A DNA stretch of 64,000 bases from a phage: the NCBI GenBank assembly GCA_036253495.1, contig GCA_036253495.1_4125.1, one strand, 5' to 3'. The notes beneath the pieces were generated by a model. It made no database searches and was not told the DNA's origin. It was given only the letters and a program-made list of their open reading frames with translations. Position 1 is the stretch's first letter; the number at the start of each line of letters is the position of its first letter. A program made the position numbers and the translations under genes. Shown here piece after piece: positions 37,990-48,324 of the stretch.

Positions 37990-39165
37990 TCAAAATGTAG
38001 GAAGTTTGAATTCTCTCATAACAGATGAACTGCTTGCAGATACATTATCTGGTGATTTCCCTGCGTAGTATAATTTATTATCAATGAACATATACAATGT
38101 TGCATCATTTCCTGCTACAAGTGATTCACTTTTCTTAAATTTAACACCACTAGGTAAAATTGCTTCAACAAATGAACCTGATTCTCTTGTAGTATTATTT
38201 GCCAATTGACCATTGTTATTATAACCAGTACTATAAATTTTACCTGAACTATAATATACGAGTCCACGAGTACTAGTGTTTTCTATTCGAATGAATTCAC
38301 TATCATCTGGAACTGTCGTTGATAGTACTGGGTTTAACTTATAAGCAGATGATACATTATTATTACCCAATTGACCATAACCTTGAAAGCCTAGTGTATA
38401 CATAGGACATGATTCTGGTGTACCTTTTGTTATAATACCAATATAATTCACACTACAAAAAATGTCTATTACTTCTGTAATAGGTGTACCCTTATATTGA
38501 ACCCAAGGGAATACATACGATTGTTGCTTACCATTTCCCAAAGTACCGGAAGTTGTTGTCCCAGTACGCCACATTGTATCATCAAGTTTAATAATCCAGT
38601 TAGCTGTCGTTATCGATGAACAGAATTTTTTAACATTATCCACTAAAAATGTAAATTGATTATAATATGATGCAGTGTTTATACCAAACTTAGCACCAGT
38701 ATTATCACCTAACAAATATAAACTATTATCTGTACCTAAAATCAAAGCATAATCATAACCCACGTATATATCTTTAATTCTTGAAATTCCAAATTGTGTA
38801 AAATAGCTTGTACATTCTGTGAATGTTGTTATATTATTGGTTGTATTATTACCTAGCCATTTATCTAAACCACTATAAAAGAATCTATCATCATTTGTGC
38901 GTATTAGACAAAAAGCGTTCATTGTACTGCACCAAAAATCTTTAACATTGCTATATATTTTTGTCCATTCAGTTACTGCATTAGTATGACCTAAACCAAA
39001 AATTCCACCATTCTGAAGACCAATAGCCCATATTGAACCATTTTTATCAAGCATCATTGTACATGTATGTGAATAACCACCCGATGGTGTAACTAATTTA
39101 ACAAAATTGGGAATATATGGTAAAACTTTATTTCCATAATCCAACATTCTAACAAAAGGTAACAT
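37990..39165 (-). CDS. RCC1-like propeller paralog 2
   Basis: N-terminus MLPFVRMLDYGN; GYGQLGNN and GYNNNGQLANN repeats. Confidence 0.7.
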   Translation of the reverse strand: MLPFVRMLDYGNKVLPYIPNFVKLVTPSGGYSHTCTMMLDKNGSIWAIGLQNGGIFGLGHTNAVTEWTKIYSNVKDFWCSTMNAFCLIRTNDDRFFYSGLDKWLGNNTTNNITTFTECTSYFTQFGISRIKDIYVGYDYALILGTDNSLYLLGDNTGAKFGINTASYYNQFTFLVDNVKKFCSSITTANWIIKLDDTMWRTGTTTSGTLGNGKQQSYVFPWVQYKGTPITEVIDIFCSVNYIGIITKGTPESCPMYTLGFQGYGQLGNNNVSSAYKLNPVLSTTVPDDSEFIRIENTSTRGLVYYSSGKIYSTGYNNNGQLANNTTRESGSFVEAILPSGVKFKKSESLVAGNDATLYMFIDNKLYYAGKSPDNVSASSSSVMREFKLPTF

Positions 39166-39236
39166 AATTCCTCCTTTATTCATTATACTATATTTAATCA
39201 AAAAAGAAATGCCAGCATCGAGTACTGGCATTATTG
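39166..39236 (-). promoter_or_regulatory. conserved inter-paralog module
   Basis: Same hairpin/T-run/TATAAT/RBS block. Confidence 0.6.
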
Positions 39237-40424
39237 TTATAGTTGTCTTGGTGTATCAAGTACATATCTATTTGTACTAGGACCACCATCATCATACGTT
39301 CCGGTTGAATAGATATTTTTCATATCAGTTAGAAATGTACGATACGAACCTCTATATATTTTTATTTTATCATACATAGAATATGTTATTTGTGCTGGCA
39401 GTGGACATGCAGTAAATTTACCAATAGTAACATTAGAACCAACACCCAACGAACCAGCATAACTACTCGCATTTAAACCAGTTGCATATACACCAGTACT
39501 CGTAACTAGTATACTAGATTGTGTTGGGTATCCAGTATGGATTGAATACAAAGTTCCAGTTGGTAGAGTAGTACTATTATTTCCTAATACTGCTAGTGCT
39601 GTACTAGTCGTAGTGTTATTACCCCATGCACCATTACTAGCTAAACCACCCACAAGGAACTGTCGTGCTCCTGTACTTGGATTTTCAACTAAAGCACTGA
39701 CCGCACCACTTGAACAACCAGTATATTGTAATGTTTTTGTATATGTTGTACTTGGCTGATATAAAGTATATTCATTATAGGGAGTCCATGTAGTACTGGA
39801 ACTTATACCGGATGTACCACCACCAATATATAAATTATTTTGTGTATCAAAAAACATTACACAGTTATTTGTTGACTGTATTTGTGCAATATCAACATTA
39901 GGTGTGACAGCTTTTACAAATGATCCATCTGTTATTTGTTGAGTTTGTCCAGTACCATCAGCGAATTGTCTACCCCCACTCCAACCAGTACTCCATATTG
40001 TATTATTATCCATTAAGAAAGTAAACCACGTAGTACCTGCATACATCTGTTTAATTGAAGTACTTGAACTTTGTGTGTACAAATTTTCAATATATTGGTT
40101 ATAACTTAAAAATGATGTAGTACTAGTTTCTAAACCAATATGACTACCATATCCACAATAAAAATAATTTAAGTCATTATCTTGTACTAACAAAGTTCCT
40201 TGTGTCACCCAGCAATCTTTGACATTTTCTCTAATTAATGTCCATGATCTTAGTGCATTATTATTTCCTCTCCCAAATTTTCCAAAACTATTACTTCCTC
40301 GTGCGTATAGTTGACCATCAGTATAAAGTACAACAACATCAGTATCAGTTGGTATTATTTTCTTAATTTGAAGTGGAATAGGTACAATATTTCCATAATC
40401 AAACATTCTAACAAAAGGTAACAT
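39237..40424 (-). CDS. RCC1-like propeller paralog 3
   Basis: N-terminus MLPFVRMFDYGN; GSNSFGKFGRGNNN repeat. Confidence 0.7.
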   Translation of the reverse strand: MLPFVRMFDYGNIVPIPLQIKKIIPTDTDVVVLYTDGQLYARGSNSFGKFGRGNNNALRSWTLIRENVKDCWVTQGTLLVQDNDLNYFYCGYGSHIGLETSTTSFLSYNQYIENLYTQSSSTSIKQMYAGTTWFTFLMDNNTIWSTGWSGGRQFADGTGQTQQITDGSFVKAVTPNVDIAQIQSTNNCVMFFDTQNNLYIGGGTSGISSSTTWTPYNEYTLYQPSTTYTKTLQYTGCSSGAVSALVENPSTGARQFLVGGLASNGAWGNNTTTSTALAVLGNNSTTLPTGTLYSIHTGYPTQSSILVTSTGVYATGLNASSYAGSLGVGSNVTIGKFTACPLPAQITYSMYDKIKIYRGSYRTFLTDMKNIYSTGTYDDGGPSTNRYVLDTPRQL

Positions 40425-40494
40425 AATTCCTCCTTTATTCATTATATTATATTTAATCCAAATAAGAAAGCCAGTATCAAGTACTGGCCTATAT
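40425..40494 (-). promoter_or_regulatory. conserved inter-paralog module
   Basis: Same block, hairpin GCCAGTACTTGATACTGGC. Confidence 0.6.
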
Positions 40495-41664
40495 TTAAAC
40501 TGGTGAATCTAATACAAATTCTAAACTACTAATGCCACCATATGTGACATTTGTCCCTGTGCTATATACAAAATTACCATCAGTTATATAAGTTCGGTTA
40601 TACCCACCTGCCATCTGCGACTTACTATAATCAAACCCATCAGGAACGATTGCTTTGGTATATACTAATGCATTATTAGATGTACCAATACCTAACATAC
40701 CAGCTCCTGAAGATTTATTGTAGCCGCAACAATATATACCATCTGTTGTAGCAATAACTTGGTTATAATATGAAGTAATGTTAGCAATGCTTACTACATC
40801 ACCGGGTGGCATTAGTGAAGCAGTTTGAACCTCAAATGCTCTATAATCACTGAGAGAACCATTTATCCCATCTGCTTGTGCACCAAATATTCTCGAACCG
40901 CCATTTGCGATGATGGTTTTACCAGTGGGATCAGTACCAATTGCCATTGCCATTGAAGTACTATTCTCCATATAGTACTTGATATTAATTGTATTTCTTA
41001 AGCTGGTAGGAGCACCATAATATATAGTATATAACTTACCTCCTGAACTTGTAACTGCATTTACTCTTCCTGTATAAAATAGCCATCCTTGGTTTGTAAC
41101 ATAACCGTGCATTAAATTACTTGCAAACAATTTAACAGGTAATTGATCTGCTGCGGTCGGAACAGTACTTTTGACGAATTTTCTAGCAACATTGTTAGTT
41201 GTTGTCCCATCACCCAACTGACCATCACCCCCTGCTCCAGTACTCCATATTGTTTGGTCTGTTAGTAATACACTTGTAGTCTGATAACTAACTGCTATAT
41301 CTAATATTGGTAATGTTAACGTATCGAATGTTGGCATAGCAGAAGTCCATATTGATACTGCTGCCCCTGGCATACCAACAGTTGTTGAACTTCCACTGTA
41401 CCATATTTCATCATTGCTTTTCTTAATAACTATCGACGTGGCTCCCATCCAAAAATCTTGAACATCAGAAGTGCTAAAAGTCCATGTAGTAACAATATTT
41501 TTGTGACCTAAACCCAAAAGACCATTTGTATTCTCACCACGCACATATAAATCACCACTGTTTGTTAAAACAGCAACATTATAGTTGTTAGCTAGTATTT
41601 TTTTAATATTTGGTTTAGCAGGTGCAATATTCCCATACTCTAACATTCTTACAAAAGGTAACAT
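40495..41664 (-). CDS. RCC1-like propeller paralog 4
   Basis: N-terminus MLPFVRMLEYGN; GDGQLGDGTT and GAGMLGIGTS repeats. Confidence 0.7.
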   Translation of the reverse strand: MLPFVRMLEYGNIAPAKPNIKKILANNYNVAVLTNSGDLYVRGENTNGLLGLGHKNIVTTWTFSTSDVQDFWMGATSIVIKKSNDEIWYSGSSTTVGMPGAAVSIWTSAMPTFDTLTLPILDIAVSYQTTSVLLTDQTIWSTGAGGDGQLGDGTTTNNVARKFVKSTVPTAADQLPVKLFASNLMHGYVTNQGWLFYTGRVNAVTSSGGKLYTIYYGAPTSLRNTINIKYYMENSTSMAMAIGTDPTGKTIIANGGSRIFGAQADGINGSLSDYRAFEVQTASLMPPGDVVSIANITSYYNQVIATTDGIYCCGYNKSSGAGMLGIGTSNNALVYTKAIVPDGFDYSKSQMAGGYNRTYITDGNFVYSTGTNVTYGGISSLEFVLDSPV

Positions 41665-41734
41665 AATTCCTCCTTTATTCATTATATTATATTTAATCCA
41701 AATAAGAAAGCCAGTATCAAGTACTGGCTTTAAT
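41665..41734 (-). promoter_or_regulatory. conserved inter-paralog module
   Basis: Same block. Confidence 0.6.
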
Positions 41735-42883
41735 TCATTGTATAAATGACATATCAACTTCGGTATATCTTGTAGTGTACTGCCCAGAACTTCCACCCAT
41801 TACTAGATTGGAAAAACCAGTATAAAATAACTTACCTTCATCTGTGAGAATCAAACTACCGATGTTATTCAGTACTAAACTGTAAGAACTATTAAAATTA
41901 GCATAGGACTGGGTATAATAGAACTGATTTGTAAGATTACCAACACCCAATTGTCCACCAGTGTTAACCCCAGTTGCAAATATCGTAGTACCAAATCTGC
42001 GAATATGTGAGGCCATATTGCCGACGCAACAATGTACATTCTGAACATCCGAATTCAATAAAGTTGGTGTTGTGTATTGCTTAAGTGTTGTGCCTGTACC
42101 GAATTCATTACCATATGATACCCCATACTGTGTACCACAAGCGTACAATTTATTATCATCTTTAATAAAAAATGTACTCTGATAACTTACATCGACATCT
42201 ATAACATTAGTCTGTATTCTAACAACTCCAGTACTAGCAGTTTGATTGCCTGTCCCTAACTGATAGTAAGTGTTAATACCACAACCCCATAATGTATTAT
42301 CTTCTTTTAGGTATATGTTACCAACAGCTTTTTTTACCGATGATATGGCTTCAATCTTAACAAAGGCGTTAAATGAATTTGTATTTGTGCCATTACCAAA
42401 AGATGATCTGGTTGATGTGCTGTTTGTTCCGCAGCAATATAAAGTACCATCAGTTGTTATCAAATTCACTTTAAGATCACTGTAACTACTCATGTATTTT
42501 ATATCAGAAACATTAATACCACTGGATGTTATCCATGAAGTACAATCTGTCCACGTGTTATAATATGCACCTGAACCAGAAAACGCACTCGGACTTCCAG
42601 TTATAAACACTTTTCCAGTACCGTCTTCTTCATATAATTGACAACCACTACTGTTATTTTCCAAAAGGACTCTTTTAACATTAGTCGCACTAAGAATAAA
42701 TTTACTCGACGCTACACCAGTTCCAGTACCCTGACTGACTGCCGCTGATGCATACAAATTTTTCGTGTATGTATCATGAAAATACATAGCACTACCGCCG
42801 GAATATATTTTAAAACGTGTACTAGGATCAGGCGGGTTAGGTGCAATATTCCCATAATCTAACATTCTTACAAAAGGTAACAT
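41735..42883 (-). CDS. RCC1-like propeller paralog 5
   Basis: N-terminus MLPFVRMLDYGN; YYQLGTGNQ and GGQLGVGN repeats; closest paralog of 45279..46427. Confidence 0.7.
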   Translation of the reverse strand: MLPFVRMLDYGNIAPNPPDPSTRFKIYSGGSAMYFHDTYTKNLYASAAVSQGTGTGVASSKFILSATNVKRVLLENNSSGCQLYEEDGTGKVFITGSPSAFSGSGAYYNTWTDCTSWITSSGINVSDIKYMSSYSDLKVNLITTDGTLYCCGTNSTSTRSSFGNGTNTNSFNAFVKIEAISSVKKAVGNIYLKEDNTLWGCGINTYYQLGTGNQTASTGVVRIQTNVIDVDVSYQSTFFIKDDNKLYACGTQYGVSYGNEFGTGTTLKQYTTPTLLNSDVQNVHCCVGNMASHIRRFGTTIFATGVNTGGQLGVGNLTNQFYYTQSYANFNSSYSLVLNNIGSLILTDEGKLFYTGFSNLVMGGSSGQYTTRYTEVDMSFIQ

Positions 42884-42954
42884 AATTCCTCCTTTATTCA
42901 TTATACTATATTTAATACAAAAAAGAAAAGCCAGTATCAAGTACTGGCATTATG
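42884..42954 (-). promoter_or_regulatory. conserved inter-paralog module
   Basis: Same block. Confidence 0.6.
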
Positions 42955-44064
42955 TTATTTTGGTAAATCAATTTTAGTAAAGACTGCAACATCCTCGCTT
43001 GCACCGGGAATGGCGTAATACGTTCCAGTACTATATACATCTCCATTTTTGGTTAATATTGAAGTCAAACCATCACTAAAAAGAACATCCCTAATCTCAC
43101 TAACTTCAACGGGTAATTGTAAATTTGTAGCACTATATATAGCACCAGTTTGAGAATTGTTTAATCCCAAACCACGGTTCGCCCCAACACCCTTCTGATA
43201 TGTACTGGTAATTACCATTTGTGTAGCAGTATTTAATGCAGGTGAATTCGTCATAAACAACGGAGAACTATTAGGAAAAGTACTTGCAGGAACTGCACGG
43301 AATGTAGTCGTGCCTGAACTAAGAAAGTTTGGAGTTTGACCACATACGAAATATGATGTACCATTATAGTAATTAAATGCATTACCACCAATGGCTGCAT
43401 CGATTACACCAGAACTACGTAATCCCCAAGTGTTAATTTGTGTTTGGTCCCCTGTACCATGCTGCCCACTGCTATTCCATCCAGAACTATATAGCTTATT
43501 ATCTAATGTAATATACATACTATCATTTGCATTAGTCATTACTTTACGCACGTTAGTAGCACATTGAGTTAATGTGTAAATCGATGATGAGCCAATACCT
43601 AAAGAACCACGATATCCATTATCTCCTGCACCATAGAGTACTGAACTAGTGCTAAGTACAAATATTAAACCATTTGTACATACAATATTAGCAATTTCAC
43701 TCACTGGTATAGCATTGGTAAACCAATTAGTCCTTTCAACTAATATAGTACTGTAAGAAGTAGTTGTAGAAGATGAGAACCAGTACGTTTCACCCGATGT
43801 CCATATCGTATTATCATTTTTAATAATAACAAGTGTACGACCACCCACGAAAAAATTAGAAACATCTGAACTTACTAATATCCATGAAGATACCGTGTTG
43901 TTATTACCATTTCCAGATTCACCACCTTGATTTCTACCTATGTAATATAAATCATGTGAATCAGTCAATAAGAATTGACCCTGTGTAGAAGCACCAACTT
44001 TAATTATATTTTTAGGACCGGGTGTAATATTTCCATAATCAAACATTCTAACAAAAGGTAACAT
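42955..44064 (-). CDS. RCC1-like propeller paralog 6
   Basis: N-terminus MLPFVRMFDYGN; GWNSSGQHGTGDQ repeat; coupled to upstream gene with only an RBS between. Confidence 0.7.
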   Translation of the reverse strand: MLPFVRMFDYGNITPGPKNIIKVGASTQGQFLLTDSHDLYYIGRNQGGESGNGNNNTVSSWILVSSDVSNFFVGGRTLVIIKNDNTIWTSGETYWFSSSTTTSYSTILVERTNWFTNAIPVSEIANIVCTNGLIFVLSTSSVLYGAGDNGYRGSLGIGSSSIYTLTQCATNVRKVMTNANDSMYITLDNKLYSSGWNSSGQHGTGDQTQINTWGLRSSGVIDAAIGGNAFNYYNGTSYFVCGQTPNFLSSGTTTFRAVPASTFPNSSPLFMTNSPALNTATQMVITSTYQKGVGANRGLGLNNSQTGAIYSATNLQLPVEVSEIRDVLFSDGLTSILTKNGDVYSTGTYYAIPGASEDVAVFTKIDLPK

Positions 44065-44074
44065 ATTTCCCTCC

Positions 44075-45205
44075 TTAATTTAATAATGCCCCTGGCAAAT
44101 CCACTTTGACGAATTGTGCATATGCTGAGGAATTTTGATCAAAGTTTGGTCCCAATCCATAAAATGAGCTAATGCCGTCTTCATTTGTGTATATGATATA
44201 AACGTTCTTTACATCATTTCCGCATATAAATCGAATGTCTTTCGTTTGTGTTCCCGCTGGAACATTACGAAGGTTAACAACGCCATTACTTGCATTGTTA
44301 TCAGCCGACGCAATTGGTAATTGATTTTGATCATATTGACCACGCATATTTTTTGCATCTAAACCAAACACAGTATTTGATACCGCACCAACTTTCAAAA
44401 ATGAACCAAAACTATTATTGAATGACTTTGGAAATTTACCACTATAAACACTTCTCCCATCTGATAATACCGCTGAACTGAATGCCCCGCTATTCGATAT
44501 GGCAAATTCATTGTAAGGAAGTGTACCCATTTTGGTATATACAGAATATGAATTAGTGGAAGTATTATCAATAATCTTATTACCATTATATCCAATACCA
44601 TACTGGTATCCGTCTGCATCTTGAACTATACACAAAGGACCACTTGGGGTTTGTGTCAACGAAACAACACGTTCAACTTGTATATCACCAAATGTATTTC
44701 TTCGCCATGTTCTATCTATTATAGTACTAGTATTACCCAAAGATAATGCCACACTATATAATAGATTGTTTTCAGTAAAAATGGCAACATAATATGGGTG
44801 GTTAATAACTTGCTTCATCCCAGCATCAATAACTTCCTGTGGAATATGATCAGTAACATCCAACCAATCAAGGTTAGATGATGCAATATCTGGAGTACTG
44901 AATTTGTCAAATCTAGTTGAGCCACAAACTAGCACTCTATCATCATTTGTCAAAGCCACTGTGCTAGTCTGCATATTAGAACTGAATGATTTAACATTAC
45001 TAATGTTAGACTTGTACCAACCCTTATCAGCAGCACCCACCGTGAATCCGGTTCCCATTGATCCACTTGTACTTGTACCATAAGCCCACATCTCACCACT
45101 ATATGTTAGTGCCATACAGTGGCTTCCATTTGCTTGGAAATCCTTTATACCAGTGGGAGCAACCACTGTATTCCCATAATTAAACATTCTAACAAAAGGT
45201 AACAT
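44075..45205 (-). CDS. RCC1-like propeller paralog 7 (more divergent)
   Basis: N-terminus MLPFVRMFNYGN; RBS GGAGGG. Confidence 0.65.
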   Translation of the reverse strand: MLPFVRMFNYGNTVVAPTGIKDFQANGSHCMALTYSGEMWAYGTSTSGSMGTGFTVGAADKGWYKSNISNVKSFSSNMQTSTVALTNDDRVLVCGSTRFDKFSTPDIASSNLDWLDVTDHIPQEVIDAGMKQVINHPYYVAIFTENNLLYSVALSLGNTSTIIDRTWRRNTFGDIQVERVVSLTQTPSGPLCIVQDADGYQYGIGYNGNKIIDNTSTNSYSVYTKMGTLPYNEFAISNSGAFSSAVLSDGRSVYSGKFPKSFNNSFGSFLKVGAVSNTVFGLDAKNMRGQYDQNQLPIASADNNASNGVVNLRNVPAGTQTKDIRFICGNDVKNVYIIYTNEDGISSFYGLGPNFDQNSSAYAQFVKVDLPGALLN

Positions 45206-45278
45206 ATTTCCCTCCTTTATTCATTATACTATATTTAATCAAAAATAAAAGCCAGTACTTGAGTACTGGCATATTAAT
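45206..45278 (-). promoter_or_regulatory. conserved inter-paralog module
   Basis: Same block, hairpin GCCAGTACTCAAGTACTGGC. Confidence 0.6.
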
Positions 45279-46427
45279 TCATTGTATAAATGACATATCT
45301 ACTTCTGTATAATTAAGAACGTTCTGTCCAGAAATACCACCCATTACTACTATTGCAATGCCACAATAATATAATTTTCCAGTATCCGTAAGTATAAGTG
45401 ATCCAGATGGACTGCGTACCAAATTACAAGAGGTATTAAACGAAGTATATGAAGGAGTATAGGAGTACTGATTAATATTATTACCAACACCTAATTGACC
45501 AGACGAGTTGCTTCCAGATGCATAAAGTACTTCATCACCTTTAACTATATGTGATGCCATGTTACCAACACAAGTATATAAACTATAAACACCTGCACTC
45601 AATAATGTGGGAGTTTTATATTGTATATCAGTAGAAGAGGAAGTACCACCTGTACCAAATTCGTTCCCATATTGTGCACCGAACTGTTTACCACAAGCGT
45701 ACAAATTATTATCCGATTTGATAAAAAATGTACTCTGATAACTTACATTAAAATCTATAACATCCGAAGAAATCATCGTCACCCCAGTAATAGAAGTTTG
45801 ATTACCCGTGCCCAACTGGTAGTAATAGTTAAAACCACAACCCCATAAAGTATTATCTTCTCGCAAATAAATGTTACCAACTGCCTTTTTAACCGAAGTT
45901 ATAGTATCTACTCTTTTGAATGTGTTAAAAGAATTAATGTTTGTACCATCACCAAATGATGATATGTTCGATATATTGTTAGCTCCACAACAATACAATG
46001 TACCATCGTTTGTTATCAAATTCACCTTCATATCATAAAAACTACTCATGTATTTTATATCAGAAACATTAATACCACTTGATGTTATCCACGTAGTACA
46101 GTCCGTCCACAAAGTTTTTCTATCAGTTACACCAGTGAATGCCTTCGTGTTACCAGTGATAAAAACTTTTCCAGTACCTTTCTCTTCATACAATTGACAA
46201 TCACTACTGTTATCTTCCAATAGAACTCGTTTAACATTCTCCGCACAAAGAATAAATTTACTCGATGCTACACCTGTACCAGTACCCCAATTCGTCGCAG
46301 AAGATGCATACAACTTATCAGTATAAGTATCATGAAGATACATGGAATCACTGGAATATATTTTAAAACGTCCATCATCACCAGGGGCAATATTCCCATA
46401 ATCAAACAATCTAACAAAAGGTAACAT
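45279..46427 (-). CDS. RCC1-like propeller paralog 8
   Basis: N-terminus MLPFVRLFDYGN; strong similarity to 41735..42883 along its length. Confidence 0.7.
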   Translation of the reverse strand: MLPFVRLFDYGNIAPGDDGRFKIYSSDSMYLHDTYTDKLYASSATNWGTGTGVASSKFILCAENVKRVLLEDNSSDCQLYEEKGTGKVFITGNTKAFTGVTDRKTLWTDCTTWITSSGINVSDIKYMSSFYDMKVNLITNDGTLYCCGANNISNISSFGDGTNINSFNTFKRVDTITSVKKAVGNIYLREDNTLWGCGFNYYYQLGTGNQTSITGVTMISSDVIDFNVSYQSTFFIKSDNNLYACGKQFGAQYGNEFGTGGTSSSTDIQYKTPTLLSAGVYSLYTCVGNMASHIVKGDEVLYASGSNSSGQLGVGNNINQYSYTPSYTSFNTSCNLVRSPSGSLILTDTGKLYYCGIAIVVMGGISGQNVLNYTEVDMSFIQ

Positions 46428-46529
46428 AATTCCTCCTTTATTCATTATAATATATTTAATCAAAAAAGAAAACCCTTGACACCCTTTCAGTACTGATGTA
46501 CTATATGAGAAATCTAAGGAGAATCGTAC
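46428..46529. promoter_or_regulatory. divergent promoter region between the two cassettes
   Basis: Minus side carries the TATAAT-rich motif and RBS for paralog 8; plus side has TTGACA (46475) and AAGGAG before ATG 46530. Confidence 0.5.
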
Positions 46530-46757
46530 ATGCCATATGCTCTAAAGTACTACATCAATGAACTAAATGAACTAGAGTACGCAAAGGTTCTCTCTGACCA
46601 ATCGTGGCTAATTGAACTAAAAAATCAGAAGAGCACTGGGTGTAACCTTATGCTTGGTAGTGCACTGAATACCCTTACTGTGAGCATTGTACACAATACA
46701 CTATTAGGGGATACCCGTAAACAATTTTTAAACATCTTAGTACTAGTGGCTATATGA
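46530..46757 (+). CDS. small tandem-family protein 1
   Basis: 75 aa; YY..L N-terminus and hydrophobic L/I/V C-terminal tail. Confidence 0.5.
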   Translation: MPYALKYYINELNELEYAKVLSDQSWLIELKNQKSTGCNLMLGSALNTLTVSIVHNTLLGDTRKQFLNILVLVAI

Positions 46758-46954
46758 ACATTAACCCGTACTACATCAATGCATTGCACCCTGGGCTACA
46801 AGATGCAATGAAGAACCAAAAAACAGTACTGAAAAATGCTAAACGCATACCAGGACTCCTGAACTCAAACAGGAATAACCTCATCTGGAATGCAATAGAA
46901 GGTAACGAAAGTATGCAGTACTATTTCATCTTAACACTACTATTGGAGTACTAA
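46754..46954 (+). CDS. small tandem-family protein 2
   Basis: 66 aa, ATGA overlap, ends YYFILTLLLEY. Confidence 0.55.
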   Translation: MNINPYYINALHPGLQDAMKNQKTVLKNAKRIPGLLNSNRNNLIWNAIEGNESMQYYFILTLLLEY

Positions 46955-46955
46955 T

Positions 46956-47165
46956 ATGAATACTGAACATAAAGAATTCTACACCAAATACCTCAGCAAC
47001 GAAGAACAAATGTTTCTAAGGAGTGTACCACCTGTAAGTATAGACACACCCAACACAAGGAATTGCTTTAATAATTGTATACGTAGTACTCTAGAAGCTA
47101 TTGAATGCAATAACAAAAATATGCAGTACTCAAGTTTAATCGGACTAATATACTTCTATGAATAA
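46956..47165 (+). CDS. small tandem-family protein 3
   Basis: 69 aa; HKEFYTKYL ... LIGLIYFYE. Confidence 0.55.
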   Translation: MNTEHKEFYTKYLSNEEQMFLRSVPPVSIDTPNTRNCFNNCIRSTLEAIECNNKNMQYSSLIGLIYFYE

Positions 47166-47352
47166 TCATAAAGATTTCTACTGTAGTAAACTACACAAGC
47201 AAGACCAGCTATCATTCTCTTTAGCACCACCTATGAGAAAGGATAATCTATATTACAATTACGATTTCAGGATGGCGACACGTTATGCAATAGAACATCA
47301 GTTCCCTGAAACTAAGTACCGCTCTATCCTGAACCTCATCTTTAAGTTCTAA
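47158..47352 (+). CDS. small tandem-family protein 4
   Basis: 64 aa; HKDFYCSKL ... LNLIFKF. Confidence 0.55.
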   Translation: MNNHKDFYCSKLHKQDQLSFSLAPPMRKDNLYYNYDFRMATRYAIEHQFPETKYRSILNLIFKF

Positions 47353-47363
47353 AAAGGTACTAT

Positions 47364-47576
47364 ATGAAAACTACAAACATTCATCAGTACTACATAGATA
47401 TTCTACCTAAAGATGTACAGTTCATACTTAAACAAGAATTCAGTACTTTTAAAAAACTTAAAAGAACCGCACCTTCAGCAATCATCCTGCACCACAAACA
47501 TGTCGTGCGTAATATTCTACAAGGTGCAACAGGGACCGAGTACTTTAATATAGTAAGGCTAATTACATTACAATGA
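47364..47576 (+). CDS. small tandem-family protein 5
   Basis: 70 aa; HQYYIDIL ... VRLITLQ. Confidence 0.5.
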   Translation: MKTTNIHQYYIDILPKDVQFILKQEFSTFKKLKRTAPSAIILHHKHVVRNILQGATGTEYFNIVRLITLQ

Positions 47577-47758
47577 ATCATATAAGCTACTATTACCAAA
47601 AACTATCCGACAGAGACAAGTACAGCCACAACTCCCATGTGTGGTACTACAAACGCGGCAGTATAAGAGACAAACAACATTACTTCTGTACTGCTATAAA
47701 AGAAGTACTAACAACTAAGTACACGTACAGAGCAGTACTTAAACTTATTGAAATGTAG
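47573..47758 (+). CDS. small tandem-family protein 6
   Basis: 61 aa; YYYQKL ... VLKLIEM. Confidence 0.5.
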   Translation: MNHISYYYQKLSDRDKYSHNSHVWYYKRGSIRDKQHYFCTAIKEVLTTKYTYRAVLKLIEM

Positions 47759-47766
47759 AGAATACA

Positions 47767-47946
47767 ATGCTAGAATACTACCTAAGCGTAATTTACCCAG
47801 AAGATAGATACGGCTTCAATTACTTCTCAATGAGCTATCATTGTAGTTCGCAAAGAAAACAAAGAAAATTACTCCTGAATTGTACTAAATTGGCACAGGA
47901 CGAAATGTTCACATATAATGAAGTACTGAAACTAATTTCTATCTAA
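47767..47946 (+). CDS. small tandem-family protein 7
   Basis: 59 aa hand-translated (below track cutoff); MLEYYLSVIY ... EVLKLISI. Confidence 0.5.
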   Translation: MLEYYLSVIYPEDRYGFNYFSMSYHCSSQRKQRKLLLNCTKLAQDEMFTYNEVLKLISI

Positions 47947-47954
47947 GGTACACT

Positions 47955-48134
47955 ATGCAAGAATTCTATATCTATAAACTCCAGAACAAAGATAGATACA
48001 TCTATAATCAATTCCAAAGGTACTACACAGTCGGGAACAAAAGAGATAAAAAACGATACCTGCTATCATGTACAGTAGAAGCACAAAACGAAAAGTACAC
48101 GTACAGAGAAGTACTGAAACTAATCTCTATATAA
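47955..48134 (+). CDS. small tandem-family protein 8
   Basis: 59 aa hand-translated; MQEFYIYKL ... EVLKLISI. Confidence 0.5.
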   Translation: MQEFYIYKLQNKDRYIYNQFQRYYTVGNKRDKKRYLLSCTVEAQNEKYTYREVLKLISI

Positions 48135-48144
48135 GGAATAAACT

Positions 48145-48324
48145 ATGCTAGAGTACTACACCGATAATCTCAGTACTAAGGATCGTTTCATGTACGACAC
48201 CTTCGTGAAGTACTACAACCTGGGAACAAAAAGTACTAAAACTATTAATCTCAATAGCTGCATTCATCACGTCCTGACAAAAAATAACCCATACAGAGAA
48301 ATAATCTCGCTTGTAACAGTATAA
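48145..48324 (+). CDS. small tandem-family protein 9
   Basis: 59 aa hand-translated; MLEYYTDNL ... EIISLVTV. Confidence 0.5.
   Translation: MLEYYTDNLSTKDRFMYDTFVKYYNLGTKSTKTINLNSCIHHVLTKNNPYREIISLVTV

Noticed and set aside
35617-45848. Short plus-strand ORFs inside the minus-strand propeller genes (35617..35841, 37350..37550, 42270..42485, 45621..45848)
   Set aside because: Embedded antisense in longer, paralog-supported genes; no RBS; considered spurious.
33408-46427. Diversity-generating retroelement acting on the propeller paralogs
   Set aside because: No reverse transcriptase gene and no template-repeat/variable-repeat pair were seen in the window; diversification looks like paralog divergence.
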